From an uncultured Planctomycetaceae bacterium (lineage in GTDB: Bacteria > Planctomycetota > Planctomycetia > Isosphaerales > Isosphaeraceae), in NCBI GenBank assembly GCA_963833985.1, contig CAWIAD010000002.1:1216001-1280000 (forward strand): DNA of 64,000 nt. Direction: 5' to 3'. Position numbers and translations under genes: made by a program. A model generated the notes under the pieces. It was not told the origin of the DNA. It was given only the letters and a program-made list of their open reading frames with translations, and made no database searches. The stretch's first letter is position 1; the number at the start of each line of letters is the position of its first letter. Shown here in pieces: positions 12,511 through 22,646 of the stretch.

Positions 12511-12776
12511 GCATGCTCCTCCCCGGTGGATCCTTGAAGTCTGGATGATCCCAGTTCGGTCCTGCGGACGCGCTGGATTCTTGATTCTAGTTGATGTCCC
12601 GGAGCATGGCACGGAATTTCGATGGGGCAACGATCTGAAAGAGGCTGCATCGAAACCTGGTCCCGGTGGTGGGAAGCCAATGATCCGATCGCGGACAAGG
12701 GGGCCTTCCTTCCGGAACCCCTGGGACGGGGCAGGGCCGTGGATGATACGCGAGCCGTTGTTCGAGGAGAGTCGCG

Positions 12777-13427
12777 GTGAAAGACGAGACAGCCGAGTTC
12801 GTATATCCGATCCTGGATTACCTCCTCCAGTCGAAGGAACGACTCGATCGCGGCGAAGCACCCTCGCTGGACGAGGAGCAACTGACTCTGGGACGGTTGC
12901 TGACGCGCGAGCTGAGGAAGGAACACCACTCCGGCTCCGAGACGCAAGAGAAGGTCTCGTCGCGTCAGAGCGAGGAGCTGCGCTATGCGATGGTGTGCGT
13001 GATCGACGAGTTTTTCATCTCCCACACGTCTTGGGGCGAAAGCTGGAACGAGCGCAAGTTCGAGTCCAGGCACTACGGCACCAATGACCGAGCCTGGAGG
13101 TTCTGGAGGGGTGCCAGGCAATCGCTCGCGGACGGCGATGTCGAGATGGTGGAAGTTTACCTGGTCTGCGTGATGGTTGGGTTTCGAGGTCAGATGGCCG
13201 ACGATCGCCCGGGACTCCAGGACTGGGTGGGCAAGGCACAGCGCTTGATCGAGACGCGGCGGGCGAGATTCTGGGTGGATCCTCCATCCCGCGAACCCCG
13301 CACCTTCGTTCCACCGCTTCGGGGCCGGCGGAGCATGGAGTCGGCCTCGCTGGGCCTGGGAATCCTGGCTCTCGCCACCGTCTCTCTGCTCGTGTTTCTG
13401 GCCGTGCAGCAACTGGGAAGCTTGTGA
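12777..13427 (+). CDS. tssL: DotU/TssL family type VI secretion membrane protein
   Basis: RYAMVCVIDEFF, W.E.KFESRHYGTNDRAWRFW, EVYLVCVMVGFRG and a C-terminal TM helix; GAGGAG RBS. Confidence 0.85.
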   Translation: MKDETAEFVYPILDYLLQSKERLDRGEAPSLDEEQLTLGRLLTRELRKEHHSGSETQEKVSSRQSEELRYAMVCVIDEFFISHTSWGESWNERKFESRHYGTNDRAWRFWRGARQSLADGDVEMVEVYLVCVMVGFRGQMADDRPGLQDWVGKAQRLIETRRARFWVDPPSREPRTFVPPLRGRRSMESASLGLGILALATVSLLVFLAVQQLGSL

Positions 13428-13460
13428 CCGGAGAGAATCCGGAGAGAGTGGCTGAAACTC

Positions 13461-15005
13461 ATGGCCAGGACAATTTCGCGTGCATTGAGCTCCCGTCCAG
13501 TCCGCATCGCGTTGCTCATCCTCGCGCTCGTGATCGTGCTCGTGGGCGCCGGGGTTTTCAACGTCTGGTCCGGCCTCGAGCAATTCGTGGCCCTCTCTTC
13601 CCACGGGATGCGGGTCCTCTGGCTGCCGCTCGTGCTGCTCCTCATCGTGCTGATTCTCGGCGTCGTCTGGGCATTATGGCGGTTGGCCGCGGAGCAACGG
13701 CGCGTCTCGCAGTTTCCCGATATCGACTGGGCCTGGGAAGAGGCCACGCTGGGCCTGAGAAAAGCCGCAGTCGGACTCGACCGTGCCCCGTTGATCCTGG
13801 TGCTGGGCGAGCCCGCCAACGGCATCGAGGCATTGTTCCAGGCCTCGCGCATGTCATTCCTGGTCTCGGATCTCCCGAGACGGCCGAATGCCCCGGTCAG
13901 GGTCTACGCAACGCGCGAGGCCATCTTCGTGACTTGCCCTGAATCGTCGGTGCTCGCGCGGTTGGCGAACGAGATGGCAAGCCGCTCGGATCCTCGGTCG
14001 ACCACCTCCGGCACGACCGCAGAGGAAACCCCTGACGAACCACCATCATCGCTGCCCCTGCAACCGACCATGCCCGCCGGGGATGCACTCTCATCCTCGG
14101 CCGAGCGCCTGAACCCTGCCGCGCCGGCGGCATCGACACAGGTGCTCGTTGGGCCGGAACCGGTCGCGGCAGCAGCGTCCCCGCACCGTCCAAGCCTGCT
14201 CAGCCGCACGGAAGAAGTGGAAACCCTGAAAGAGCGGCTTCACCATCTCTGCGGCCTGATCGTCCGTGATCGCCGGCCCTTCTGCCCGGCCAACGGCATA
14301 CTGGCGCTCATTCCCTACACCGCGACAGACGACGACTCGCAGGCTCGTCAGGCGGGTATCGCGTGCCACCTGGATGTTTCCACCGTCCGCACGGCGCTGG
14401 GGGTCTCGTGCCCGATGTTTGCCCTTCTCTGCAATATCGAAGAGGCGCAGGGCTTCGATCAATTGATGCGCGCTTACATCTCAATACCTTCGTACGGCCT
14501 TCTGGGCCGATCGTTCCCGCTCGTTCCAGACATGGATGTTCCCGAGCGCGTGCAGATGATCGACAAGGGGATGGAATGGATTTGCCAGAGCCTTTTCGCC
14601 CCGATGACCTATCGACTGTGCGAGCTCGAATCGCCGAACCAGGCAGATCATGCAAAGACTCTCGAGTCGAATGCGGGGTTGATTCGCTTCCTTTCTCACA
14701 CCCACGCGCGATGGCGGCGCCTGGGGCGGATTCTCAGCCGGGTGATCTCCCTCGACCCCGGAGGCGACCTGATGCTCGGCGGCTGCTATCTCGCCGCCAC
14801 CGGGCAGACGGAAAACCAGCAGGGTTTCGTCGCCGGGGTAATGCGGACCGTCCTCGAGCATCAGAACTTCGTCTCCTGGACAACCAGTGCCTTGCAGCAA
14901 GATCGTGCCGAGAGCCGGCGTGCGGCTCTCTGCAACCTCGGCTCGCTTGGCGTCGCGGTACTCGCGGCCGCCGTCGCCTATCTGATCTGGGCCGGTTACC
15001 CGTGA
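13461..15005 (+). CDS. tssM: IcmF/TssM N-terminal-domain protein (short form)
   Basis: Two N-terminal TMs, degenerate P-loop region LILVLGEPANG, RRPFCPANGILALIP, LGGCYLAATG, C-terminal TM; follows tssL. Confidence 0.75.
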   Translation: MARTISRALSSRPVRIALLILALVIVLVGAGVFNVWSGLEQFVALSSHGMRVLWLPLVLLLIVLILGVVWALWRLAAEQRRVSQFPDIDWAWEEATLGLRKAAVGLDRAPLILVLGEPANGIEALFQASRMSFLVSDLPRRPNAPVRVYATREAIFVTCPESSVLARLANEMASRSDPRSTTSGTTAEETPDEPPSSLPLQPTMPAGDALSSSAERLNPAAPAASTQVLVGPEPVAAAASPHRPSLLSRTEEVETLKERLHHLCGLIVRDRRPFCPANGILALIPYTATDDDSQARQAGIACHLDVSTVRTALGVSCPMFALLCNIEEAQGFDQLMRAYISIPSYGLLGRSFPLVPDMDVPERVQMIDKGMEWICQSLFAPMTYRLCELESPNQADHAKTLESNAGLIRFLSHTHARWRRLGRILSRVISLDPGGDLMLGGCYLAATGQTENQQGFVAGVMRTVLEHQNFVSWTTSALQQDRAESRRAALCNLGSLGVAVLAAAVAYLIWAGYP

Positions 15006-15128
15006 ACCATGCCCGCCTCGGCCGTTGTCACTTCGCTTTCCATCGCCTGGGCATATTCGACGCTGAACATAAATGGAAGATCGGCGTGGGCAGGCTTCTG
15101 GTTGGCTGATCTGTGTCATGCCGATCAC

Positions 15129-15350
15129 TCATTGATGATCTCCGAGATACTGAAAACGGGGTACGGACTGCCCGTCTTTCTGAACAGTCTCCAGGAACAT
15201 CTGCCTGGGCCGTACCCAGAGGCTGCGATCCTCGTATTCCTGCTGGTAAACAACCATTTCTTCAAGTGTCTCACTGTGCCGTGCCACGCCCAGGACCGTG
15301 TATTCCTTGCCTTTGTAGTGGCGGTAGCGCCCCGTGGGGATGACGCCCAT
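15129..15350 (-). CDS. DUF1653 family protein
   Basis: GRYRHYKGKEYTVLGVARHSETLEEMVVYQ...LWVRP..MF signature; GAGGAGG RBS. Confidence 0.9.
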   Translation of the reverse strand: MGVIPTGRYRHYKGKEYTVLGVARHSETLEEMVVYQQEYEDRSLWVRPRQMFLETVQKDGQSVPRFQYLGDHQ

Positions 15351-15430
15351 TGAACCTCCTCATCGTAACTCGCACCGTGACCAAGATCATCTCGAGCTGC
15401 CGCGTGGCGCTTTCCGGGCCATGCAGGCGA

Positions 15431-16045
15431 TCACCTCCGTGCGGCTCCACTGAACATCGAACCGATGATCCGGGGCATTCCTTGCATCACGAACCGCTCG
15501 GCCTGCACCTCCCGGAACGCTCCTGACCGAACGAGAGCCTCGATGTCCACGTCCAGGCGACAGCCATCCCCCAGTTGCCTCTGAAGCGGCGTCAGGCAAC
15601 GTTGCAAGCGCTGGACTCTCGGTTCTTCGCTCAACCCATGCTCCAGATACAGGAATCGCCCGCCTGGCTTGAGCACCCGACTGATCTCGGCCATGGCCTG
15701 CCTGCCATCCCGGATGCTGCACAGCGTCCAGGTGCTCACCACGCAGTCGAATTGCCCGTCCGGGAAGGGCAGCTCCTCGGCGGTTTGAACACGCAGATCG
15801 ACGTCGATCCCACTCCTGTCGATCCTGCGACGGGCGAACCGTATCATTCCCAGCCCAGGCTCGACCGCTGCGAGATGACGGACATGATCGGGGTAATGTT
15901 CCAGGTTGAGCCCTGTCCCGAGCCCGATCTCCAGGATCCTGCCTTCCGCCTGGGCAAGTCGCTTTCGTCGCAGTCCGGCGATCTGGGGCGTCCGCAGCGA
16001 CCAGTCACAGAGGCGGGGAAAGATGTGCCGCGAGTACAGACCCAT
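15431..16045 (-). CDS. Class I SAM-dependent methyltransferase
   Basis: ILEIGLGTGLN, AEELPFPDGQFDCVV, RVLKPGG motifs. Confidence 0.9.
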   Translation of the reverse strand: MGLYSRHIFPRLCDWSLRTPQIAGLRRKRLAQAEGRILEIGLGTGLNLEHYPDHVRHLAAVEPGLGMIRFARRRIDRSGIDVDLRVQTAEELPFPDGQFDCVVSTWTLCSIRDGRQAMAEISRVLKPGGRFLYLEHGLSEEPRVQRLQRCLTPLQRQLGDGCRLDVDIEALVRSGAFREVQAERFVMQGMPRIIGSMFSGAARR

Positions 16046-16251
16046 GAGACCGCCTCTTTCGCTCAACCACCGTGATCGTCACAGGAGGCGCCCGCGCTCA
16101 GTGGGGCGATGCGGTACCGCGCCGGCAGCCAGACAAGTGGCGATCAGAATCCACACCAGGCCGGCGGGCAATAGAGAGGGACTGCTGTGCGCACTCGCGT
16201 GAACCATTCTCGCCTGGCCATGGGTCCCGGACCCTTCGCTGGCTGCCACGC

Positions 16252-18837
16252 TCAATGCTTGTAGGTCTCGTACAGGCTCCGGATGCGCAGCGATCCCTGG
16301 AAGGCTTCCTTGCTCAGCGGTTTGACCGGGGAGACCTCGATCGTCACCGGGCGGCCCTGCATCACATGCACGAAGTTATCGGAGAAGCGAGCGTCCGCGC
16401 TGTCGAGTTCCAGCCACGTCCACAGGGCCGGATGCTCGGCATGCAGGGTCACCGTGTATCCGCCGTCCCGCTCCGAGATCTCGGCCGACAACCGCGGGTC
16501 AAGGAGATGGAACTCGCGCGGATAGGCCAGCGTCACCAGGTTCTCGGATTCGGTCCGGCCGCCCACGTCAAGCCGCAGCCAGACCAGCAGATCCTCGGTG
16601 CCGTGGCCTTGCAGTGCGTCGCGGAGGGAGAACGACCGAGCCACTCGGGATGTCCGGCCAGGAATCTCGAGGCTGGACGAGCCAGACGCCAGCGCTTTCC
16701 CGGCGAGGTCGGTCACGGTCCAGGTCAGCTTGCCCTGGCAATCGCTCATACGATCGCTGGTGACGTGGACGTCGACCTTGCCGGTTTTCGCGTCCGCGAC
16801 GCCGGAGACCAGGACCGGAGCATAGAACCGCCGGGCCAGGTAGTGCAGGGCCTTCCAGCGGCCGAAGTAATCGACCGATGACCAGGACGAGCACGGCCAG
16901 GTGTCGTTGTACTGCCAGTACACGCAGCCCATCGATCTGGGCATCTCGCGCCGCCAGCTTTCGGCCCCGTACTTGATGCCGTACGCCTGGGTGATCTGGC
17001 TCAGCCACAGCGTGCTTTCAAAATCCTTGGGGTCGCGAAAGTATTTCTTCACGAGAAGCATGATCTTGCTCGTGCCGATCTTGCCGTCCTCGGGAACGTC
17101 CATGTACATGCGATTGGATCGTTCGTGGTACTTCATCACGGGCGAATCGACGGACTCGCGGTCGGCCGGCTCCGTGAAGGTGCGCACGGTCTTCGGCTCG
17201 GGGAACGACTGGAACCCAAACTCGCTGACGAACCCGTGAATATTGCGATACACCTCGAACGGTTTGCCACCGTGCCAGACCTCCCAGAAATGCACGTCGC
17301 CGCAGTCGGGCGAGCCGGTGACGTAGTCGGTCTGCGGAGACAGCTCGCGTACCTGCTCGCCAAGCAGGTCGCGAAACAGCTTGTAATAGTCTCCCGCGCT
17401 CATCTTGTCCCTGGTCCACTGGTCCTTCCCGCGGAAGAACATGATCTCGTTGTTGCCGCACCACAGGGCGATCGACGGGTGATGGCGCAGCCGGAGCAGG
17501 TTGTCGCGGGCTTCCGCCCTGACGTTGTCCAGGAACGCCCGGTCGAACGACGGATAAGTAGTACAGCCGAACTTGAAGTCCAGCCAGATGCACAGGCCCA
17601 GTTCGTCGCACGCATCGAACAGGTCGTCGTCCTCGTAGTATCCTCCGCCCCAGAAGCGGAGGCAGTTCATATTCGCCGCCACGGCGTCGGCCGCGTAACG
17701 GCGGAGAACCTCTCTGGTCAGCCGCGGGGCGAAGCAGTCGGCCGGGATCCAGTTGGCCCCCTTGGCGAAGAACGGCACGCCGTTAACCACGAAGTGCATC
17801 GGCTCCTTGTCGGTCTGCTCGATCGTGCGCAGGGTGCGCAGGCCAATGCGCCTGGTCGACGAATCGAGCACCTGGCCCGTAGCGCCCTGCAATTCCACCT
17901 TCACGTCGTAGAGCGGATGATCGCCCATGCCGGCCGGCCACCAGAGCCTGGGGTCAGCCACGAGAATCTCGGCCCGCGCGCGGCCGTCCCGGACCGGAGC
18001 GGTTGCCGATGCCACGTTCTGCGAGCCAAGGCGCACGGTCATCTTTGCGGTCGCTCCCGCCGGCGGCGCCGGGGCGGCTGTCGCGGCGATCGCCAGGGTC
18101 ACTTTCCCGGGCTGCGCATGGTCCTGCAAGATGGCCACGTCTTCCAGGCGCGCGGTATCGAACGCAACGAGCTCGATCTTCCGCCAGATGCCGCAGGTGA
18201 TCAGCGTCGGCCCCCAGTCCCAGCCGAAGTTGCACGGTTCCTTGCGCACGTAGGCAGCGCCCGGGTAGGCCCAGGTGGGCAGCTTGCGCTCGGCCTCCCT
18301 GTTCCGGATGGCGGGGAGCACGGAATCAAACCGGATCTCGATCTGGTTGGCACCGGGCCGCAGGTGCTTCTTGATGTCGAACTCGTACGTGCGGAACATG
18401 TTGTCCGTTCTGGCGACGACGGCGTTGTTCACCCGGATGGTGGCCAGAGTGTCCAGCCCCTCGCAACGCAGCAAGATATGCGCGCGCGCCAGCAGGTCCG
18501 CCGGGACGTCGAACGAGCGGCCGTAGATCCAGTTCGTTTCTCCCACCCACTGCACGGCCCGCTCGTTGTTCCGGAAAAACGGGTCGGGGATCTGGCCGGC
18601 GGCCATCAGGTCGGTGTGGATCGTGCCGGGCACGGTGGCCGGAATCGCATCGCTACTCCCCTCCTGAACGACTTGCCAGGCGCCGCCCAGGTTCAAGCGC
18701 GACGGTTCGCCCGCGTGCGCGGGGGCAGCCGTCGCGAGTGCGGCTCCCATGACGATCGCCGCGATCAACTGGCCGAGCGGTTTACCCACCATCACGTCCG
18801 TGCGTTGTTCGATCAGTTCCTGCCACTTCACTGCCAT
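16252..18837 (-). CDS. Beta-mannosidase, glycoside hydrolase family 2
   Basis: EGLDTLA, FGWDWGP, KGANWIPAD, WGGGYYE, RHHPSIALWCGNNE, FVSEFGFQS, YWQYND; signal peptide ending AHA. Confidence 0.92.
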   Translation of the reverse strand: MAVKWQELIEQRTDVMVGKPLGQLIAAIVMGAALATAAPAHAGEPSRLNLGGAWQVVQEGSSDAIPATVPGTIHTDLMAAGQIPDPFFRNNERAVQWVGETNWIYGRSFDVPADLLARAHILLRCEGLDTLATIRVNNAVVARTDNMFRTYEFDIKKHLRPGANQIEIRFDSVLPAIRNREAERKLPTWAYPGAAYVRKEPCNFGWDWGPTLITCGIWRKIELVAFDTARLEDVAILQDHAQPGKVTLAIAATAAPAPPAGATAKMTVRLGSQNVASATAPVRDGRARAEILVADPRLWWPAGMGDHPLYDVKVELQGATGQVLDSSTRRIGLRTLRTIEQTDKEPMHFVVNGVPFFAKGANWIPADCFAPRLTREVLRRYAADAVAANMNCLRFWGGGYYEDDDLFDACDELGLCIWLDFKFGCTTYPSFDRAFLDNVRAEARDNLLRLRHHPSIALWCGNNEIMFFRGKDQWTRDKMSAGDYYKLFRDLLGEQVRELSPQTDYVTGSPDCGDVHFWEVWHGGKPFEVYRNIHGFVSEFGFQSFPEPKTVRTFTEPADRESVDSPVMKYHERSNRMYMDVPEDGKIGTSKIMLLVKKYFRDPKDFESTLWLSQITQAYGIKYGAESWRREMPRSMGCVYWQYNDTWPCSSWSSVDYFGRWKALHYLARRFYAPVLVSGVADAKTGKVDVHVTSDRMSDCQGKLTWTVTDLAGKALASGSSSLEIPGRTSRVARSFSLRDALQGHGTEDLLVWLRLDVGGRTESENLVTLAYPREFHLLDPRLSAEISERDGGYTVTLHAEHPALWTWLELDSADARFSDNFVHVMQGRPVTIEVSPVKPLSKEAFQGSLRIRSLYETYKH

Positions 18838-18857
18838 GAAATCGCTCCTCATCGGCT
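18778..18857 (+). repeat. 80-bp direct repeat copy A (RBS plus first 20 codons of DUF433 gene, reused by the GH2 gene)
   Basis: 67/80 identical to 20391-20470 by manual alignment. Confidence 0.9.
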
Positions 18858-18884
18858 AACCTCTGCGACGGGTACATCAGCCAG

Positions 18885-20064
18885 CTAGTGTCCTGAGTTA
18901 CAATTTCGCCAAATAACCTTGAATTATCGTTTATATCATCATATAATCTCTCAAAGGAGATTTATGATGAATAAAGGTGGTCGCCCCAAGGCTACTCTCA
19001 CTTTGAATGATGTCGAGCGCCAGAAACTCGAAGCGTGGTCGCGCCGGCCCAAGACCAGCCAGCGTCTCGCCCTCCGTTCGCGGATCATCTTGGCTTGCGC
19101 TCAAGGTTTCGATAATCAGGAAGTCGCCGCACAGCTCCGGGTGAATGTCGTGACGGTCGGGAAATGGCGGAAACGTTTCCTCCTCGATCGTCTCGACGGC
19201 CTGTCCGACGAGCCAAGGCCGGGGGCGCCCTGCAAAATCACGGACGCAATGGTCGAGGCCGTTGTGACCAAGACTCTGGAGGAGAAACCCAAGGCCGCCA
19301 CGCATTGGAGCACTCGGGGCATGGCGGAAGCCGTCGGCTTGTCTCAGACAGCGATCTCGCGTATCTGGCGAGCGTTCGAGTTGAAGCCTCACCGCAGCGA
19401 GACGTTCAAGCTTTCCACGGACCCCTTTTTCATCGAGAAGGTCCGCGACATCGTCGGGTTGTATATGAGCCCGCCGGAGCGCGCTATCGTCTTGAGCATC
19501 GACGAGAAGAGCCAGGTGCAAGCGTTGGACCGTACCCAGCCGTTGCTTCCCATGGGGCCTGGCCAGGCGGAGAGGCGAACTCCGGATTATGTACGCAATG
19601 GGACGACTTCGCTGTTCGCCGCCTTGGACGTCGCGACAGGTCGTGTGATTGGCAAATGCTACCGTCGCCATCGACAACAAGAATTCCTCAAATTCCTCAA
19701 CGAGATCGATAGCCAGATCGCCAAAGCACCAGGCGTCGAGATTCACCTCGTCATGGACAACTACGGCACACACAAAGCTCCAGCCGTGAAGCGGTGGTTC
19801 GCTCGCCATCCCGAGTATCATCTGCATTTCACTCCCACCAGCGGCTCTTGGCTGAACCAGGTTGAACGATTCTTCGCGGAGATTACCGAGAAGCGAATTC
19901 GCCGTGGAGTATTCCGGAGCGTGGCGGCGTTGGAACAGGCGATCCATGAATTCCTGGCAAAACACAACGTAAATCCCAAGCCTTTCGTATGGACGGCAGA
20001 TGCTGATATGATCTTAGATCGAGTGGCGAGGGTTTGTGAGCGAACTTCTAACTCAGGACACTAG
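18885..20064 (+). mobile_element. IS630-family insertion sequence
   Basis: CTAG at both ends (18885-18888, 20061-20064). TIRs TGTCCTGAGTTACAATTTCG (18889-18908) and the reverse complement of 20041-20060 match at 18/20. Confidence 0.95.
18964..20064 (+). CDS. IS630-family transposase
   Basis: HTH N-terminus, [18 protein letters not shown] triad in [22 protein letters not shown]; stop codon lies in the terminal CTAG. Confidence 0.95.
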   Translation: MMNKGGRPKATLTLNDVERQKLEAWSRRPKTSQRLALRSRIILACAQGFDNQEVAAQLRVNVVTVGKWRKRFLLDRLDGLSDEPRPGAPCKITDAMVEAVVTKTLEEKPKAATHWSTRGMAEAVGLSQTAISRIWRAFELKPHRSETFKLSTDPFFIEKVRDIVGLYMSPPERAIVLSIDEKSQVQALDRTQPLLPMGPGQAERRTPDYVRNGTTSLFAALDVATGRVIGKCYRRHRQQEFLKFLNEIDSQIAKAPGVEIHLVMDNYGTHKAPAVKRWFARHPEYHLHFTPTSGSWLNQVERFFAEITEKRIRRGVFRSVAALEQAIHEFLAKHNVNPKPFVWTADADMILDRVARVCERTSNSGH

Positions 20065-20150
20065 TCATCGCTAAGGCAGATCGATCGAAACGCTCGTCTT
20101 CCCGCTGCCGTTCGCTCCCACGAGCACGGTGAACCGTTCCAGCTCGACGC

Positions 20151-20207
20151 TCATATCCCGCAGGTGTTTGAGAGGCTGGCGATAATCTCATCCGCGAAGA
20201 TTCGCAT
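20151..20207 (-). pseudogene. Truncated DUF5615-type PIN toxin remnant
   Basis: MRIFADEIIASLSNTCGI* starts 12 nt after the DUF433 stop and resembles the MRxxADEN start of the PIN partners of DUF433. Confidence 0.5.
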
Positions 20208-20219
20208 GTTCGCGTCGCA

Positions 20220-20450
20220 TCATTGGTAAATAGACTCATCCATTGACACGACGTCAGCCGCGTAAAGCATGGCGGCGCGAAGATGTTCGGGTTTCAGGGT
20301 GGGGTACTGATCGAGCAGGGCTTCGTGAGTCATGCCGGCTCCGATCTGCTTCAAGATGAACTCGACGGTGAGGCGGGTTCCCTTGAAAACGGGCTTGCCC
20401 ACCATCACGTCCTTGCGTTCCTCAATATAATCCTGCCACTTCAGTGCCAT
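20220..20450 (-). CDS. DUF433 family antitoxin
   Basis: VMVGKPVFKGTRLTVEFIL...GMT...LL.QYPTL..EHLRAAMLYA signature. Confidence 0.92.
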   Translation of the reverse strand: MALKWQDYIEERKDVMVGKPVFKGTRLTVEFILKQIGAGMTHEALLDQYPTLKPEHLRAAMLYAADVVSMDESIYQ

Positions 20451-20470
20451 GAAATCGCTCCCCATCGGCT
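20391..20470 (+). repeat. 80-bp direct repeat copy B (DUF433 5' end)
   Basis: 67/80 identical to 18778-18857. Confidence 0.9.
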
Positions 20471-20637
20471 CCGTGTCTGCACGATCCCTTGACCTTCATC
20501 CTCTGCCGGGCCGCCTGCTTCTGGACGTTCATCTCGTGCCGGTCGTTCCCCCCGCTTCCCCTTGAAGATACTGCCGGGCCAGAACCCAATACCGTTGAAA
20601 TTGCGATAAGTTGAGTGCAGGCAGAGGTTTGCTCCTC

Positions 20638-20660
20638 GTTCCCACGCTCCGCGTGGGAAC
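20638..20660. repeat. REP-like palindrome
   Basis: GTTCCCACGC-TCC-GCGTGGGAAC: perfect 10-bp stem, 3-nt loop, intergenic. Confidence 0.7.
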
Positions 20661-20743
20661 AAGTCTGTCGCAAGCCGCTTGCCCCTTTTCGTTAACGCTA
20701 TTTCAACGGTATTGGGCCAGAACCAGAATCACCATGGTCGTTC

Positions 20744-22166
20744 TCAAGTTCGGAGCAGTTGAGGGTACCGCTCGTGGACCGTCAGGATCAATTCTCCGAA
20801 CAGCGTGTTGGCCCAGGCGAACCAGGAACGCGTGTATTTGCTTGCGTCGTCCTTGGAGAAGGACTCGTGCATGAATCCGGTCCCGGCGTGCGTCTGCTTG
20901 AGCATGGTCAGGCAGCGGGCCACTTCCGGTTCGGACCGGCTCGTCAGGGCGCGCATGATGATCCCCAGCGGCCAGATCATGTCGAGCCCCGAGTGCGGTC
21001 CGCCGAGCCCCTCCGCGGCAGTCCCGCGGAAGAAGTACGGATTATCGTCGCTGAGAACCCAGGCCCGGGTCCGGACGTAGATCGGGTCATCCGCCGCACA
21101 GCACCCCAGGTAGGGCAGCGACAGGAGGTTGGGAACGTTGGCGTCGTCCATGAAGAGCTGGTTGCCGAACCCGTCCACCTCGTAGGCGTAGACCTCGCCC
21201 CCCTTGCGCTGGGCTCGCCCGTGGGTGTGAATGGCATCGCGAACCTGGTCAGCCAGCTCCTGACACTCGCGCGAACGACTTGTTACTCAATTCCGCGGTG
21301 GAGATCTCCCGGAGCTGCTCGAGCGTCGTGACCGCGAAGAGGTTGGAAGGGATCAAGAACGGAAAGATGCAGGCGTCATCCGACGGGCGGAAGCCGGAGT
21401 GGATCAGGCCGCACGGGCGCGTGGGGTTCCCGTAGCCTTGCTGGGGTAGCGAGTCCGTCGGGTTCGCCGTCTCGCGCTGGAATGTGTAGGGGCCGCGGTT
21501 CTTCAGCCGCTGTTGTTCACGGAACGTCTGGACGATGAGCGCCGCAGCCTTTTGCCAATCGCCGTCAAAGTGTGAGGCATCGCCCGTGGTCTTCCAGTAT
21601 CCGTGGGCCAGGCGGACGGGGTAGCAGAGCGAATCGATCTCCCACTTCCGCTCGTGCAGCTCGGGCCGCATGCGAGTGTGGTCCTTCGCCCACGGGCTGC
21701 CGGTCGGCCCGTCGTTGAAGGCGTTGGCATAGGGGTCGATCAGGATGCACCGGGTCTGCCGGTGGATCACGCCGGCGATCAAGGTCGCCAGCGCGCGGTC
21801 TTCCTTCGCCAGCGGCAGATAGGGCCACACCTGCGCAGTGGAGTCGCGCAGCCACATGGCGCTGATGTCGCCGGTGATCACGAAGGTGTCTGGGTTGCCA
21901 GCGCGCCCGCCGGTCCGCACGGTGGTATCAAGGGTGTTCGGGAAACAGTTCTCGAACAGCCAGGCCAGCTCCGGATCGGAGATCGCCTTCTTGACCTCCA
22001 CAATGCTTGCCTCGACGGCTTTGCTCACGAACCTCCGCTCGGAATCAGGGGGCCTGCGGCTTTGCAGAGGAACGGACCGCTGCGAGCCAGCGGAAGCCCG
22101 TAGCGGAACGGAGAGCGGGGTCGCCACGGCTGCTGTGAGCCGGAGGAAGGATCGTCGCGTATGCAT
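20744..22166 (-). CDS. Glycoside hydrolase family 125 (exo-alpha-1,6-mannosidase-like), Tat-exported; frameshifts near 21270 and 21200
   Basis: MHTRRSFL Tat motif; FENCFPNTLDTT, ITGDISAMWLRDS, ERKWEIDSL, SGFRPSDD, MDDANVPNLL, MHESF, WFAWANTLFGE spread over three frames. Confidence 0.88.
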
Positions 22167-22646
22167 GAGAAGCTCGCAGGGGCACCGTTTGCGCGGTGGC
22201 TGGCCCGCGCCACGTTCGGCGATTGCGGAACCAGGCCAGCCGGTGCAGCTTCCTCTCTCTATATACGAACCCGCCGGTGTTGTCCACGGTGCGGGTGCGG
22301 GAGGCCGCGACCGGACCGGTCCGTTCAGAGCCTCTGGGGCCGGGGCACGCGCCGGCCCGCGGGTGCCGGCAGCCACTTGTTTGCACCCTGCGGCTCCCAG
22401 CATAATGCTTGAGGGTGCTCGGACGGGCGTCTTCATCAAGCCGGATACGCCGTGTTGTGCGTGTCAATTTGGCACATGAGAAAATCCATGAGAGACGCGG
22501 CGCAGGGGTTGCTGGCGCTCCCCGTGGGGTGCCCGCGCAGGGAGAAGACTCCCGGGAGAGCCGACGGTAGCACGCTGTGAAGCTGCTCCGGCCATGGTAA
22601 AACTCTGAAGAGCGGAATCGTTTTCCAGCGCTCGAGAGGCTTGCCG

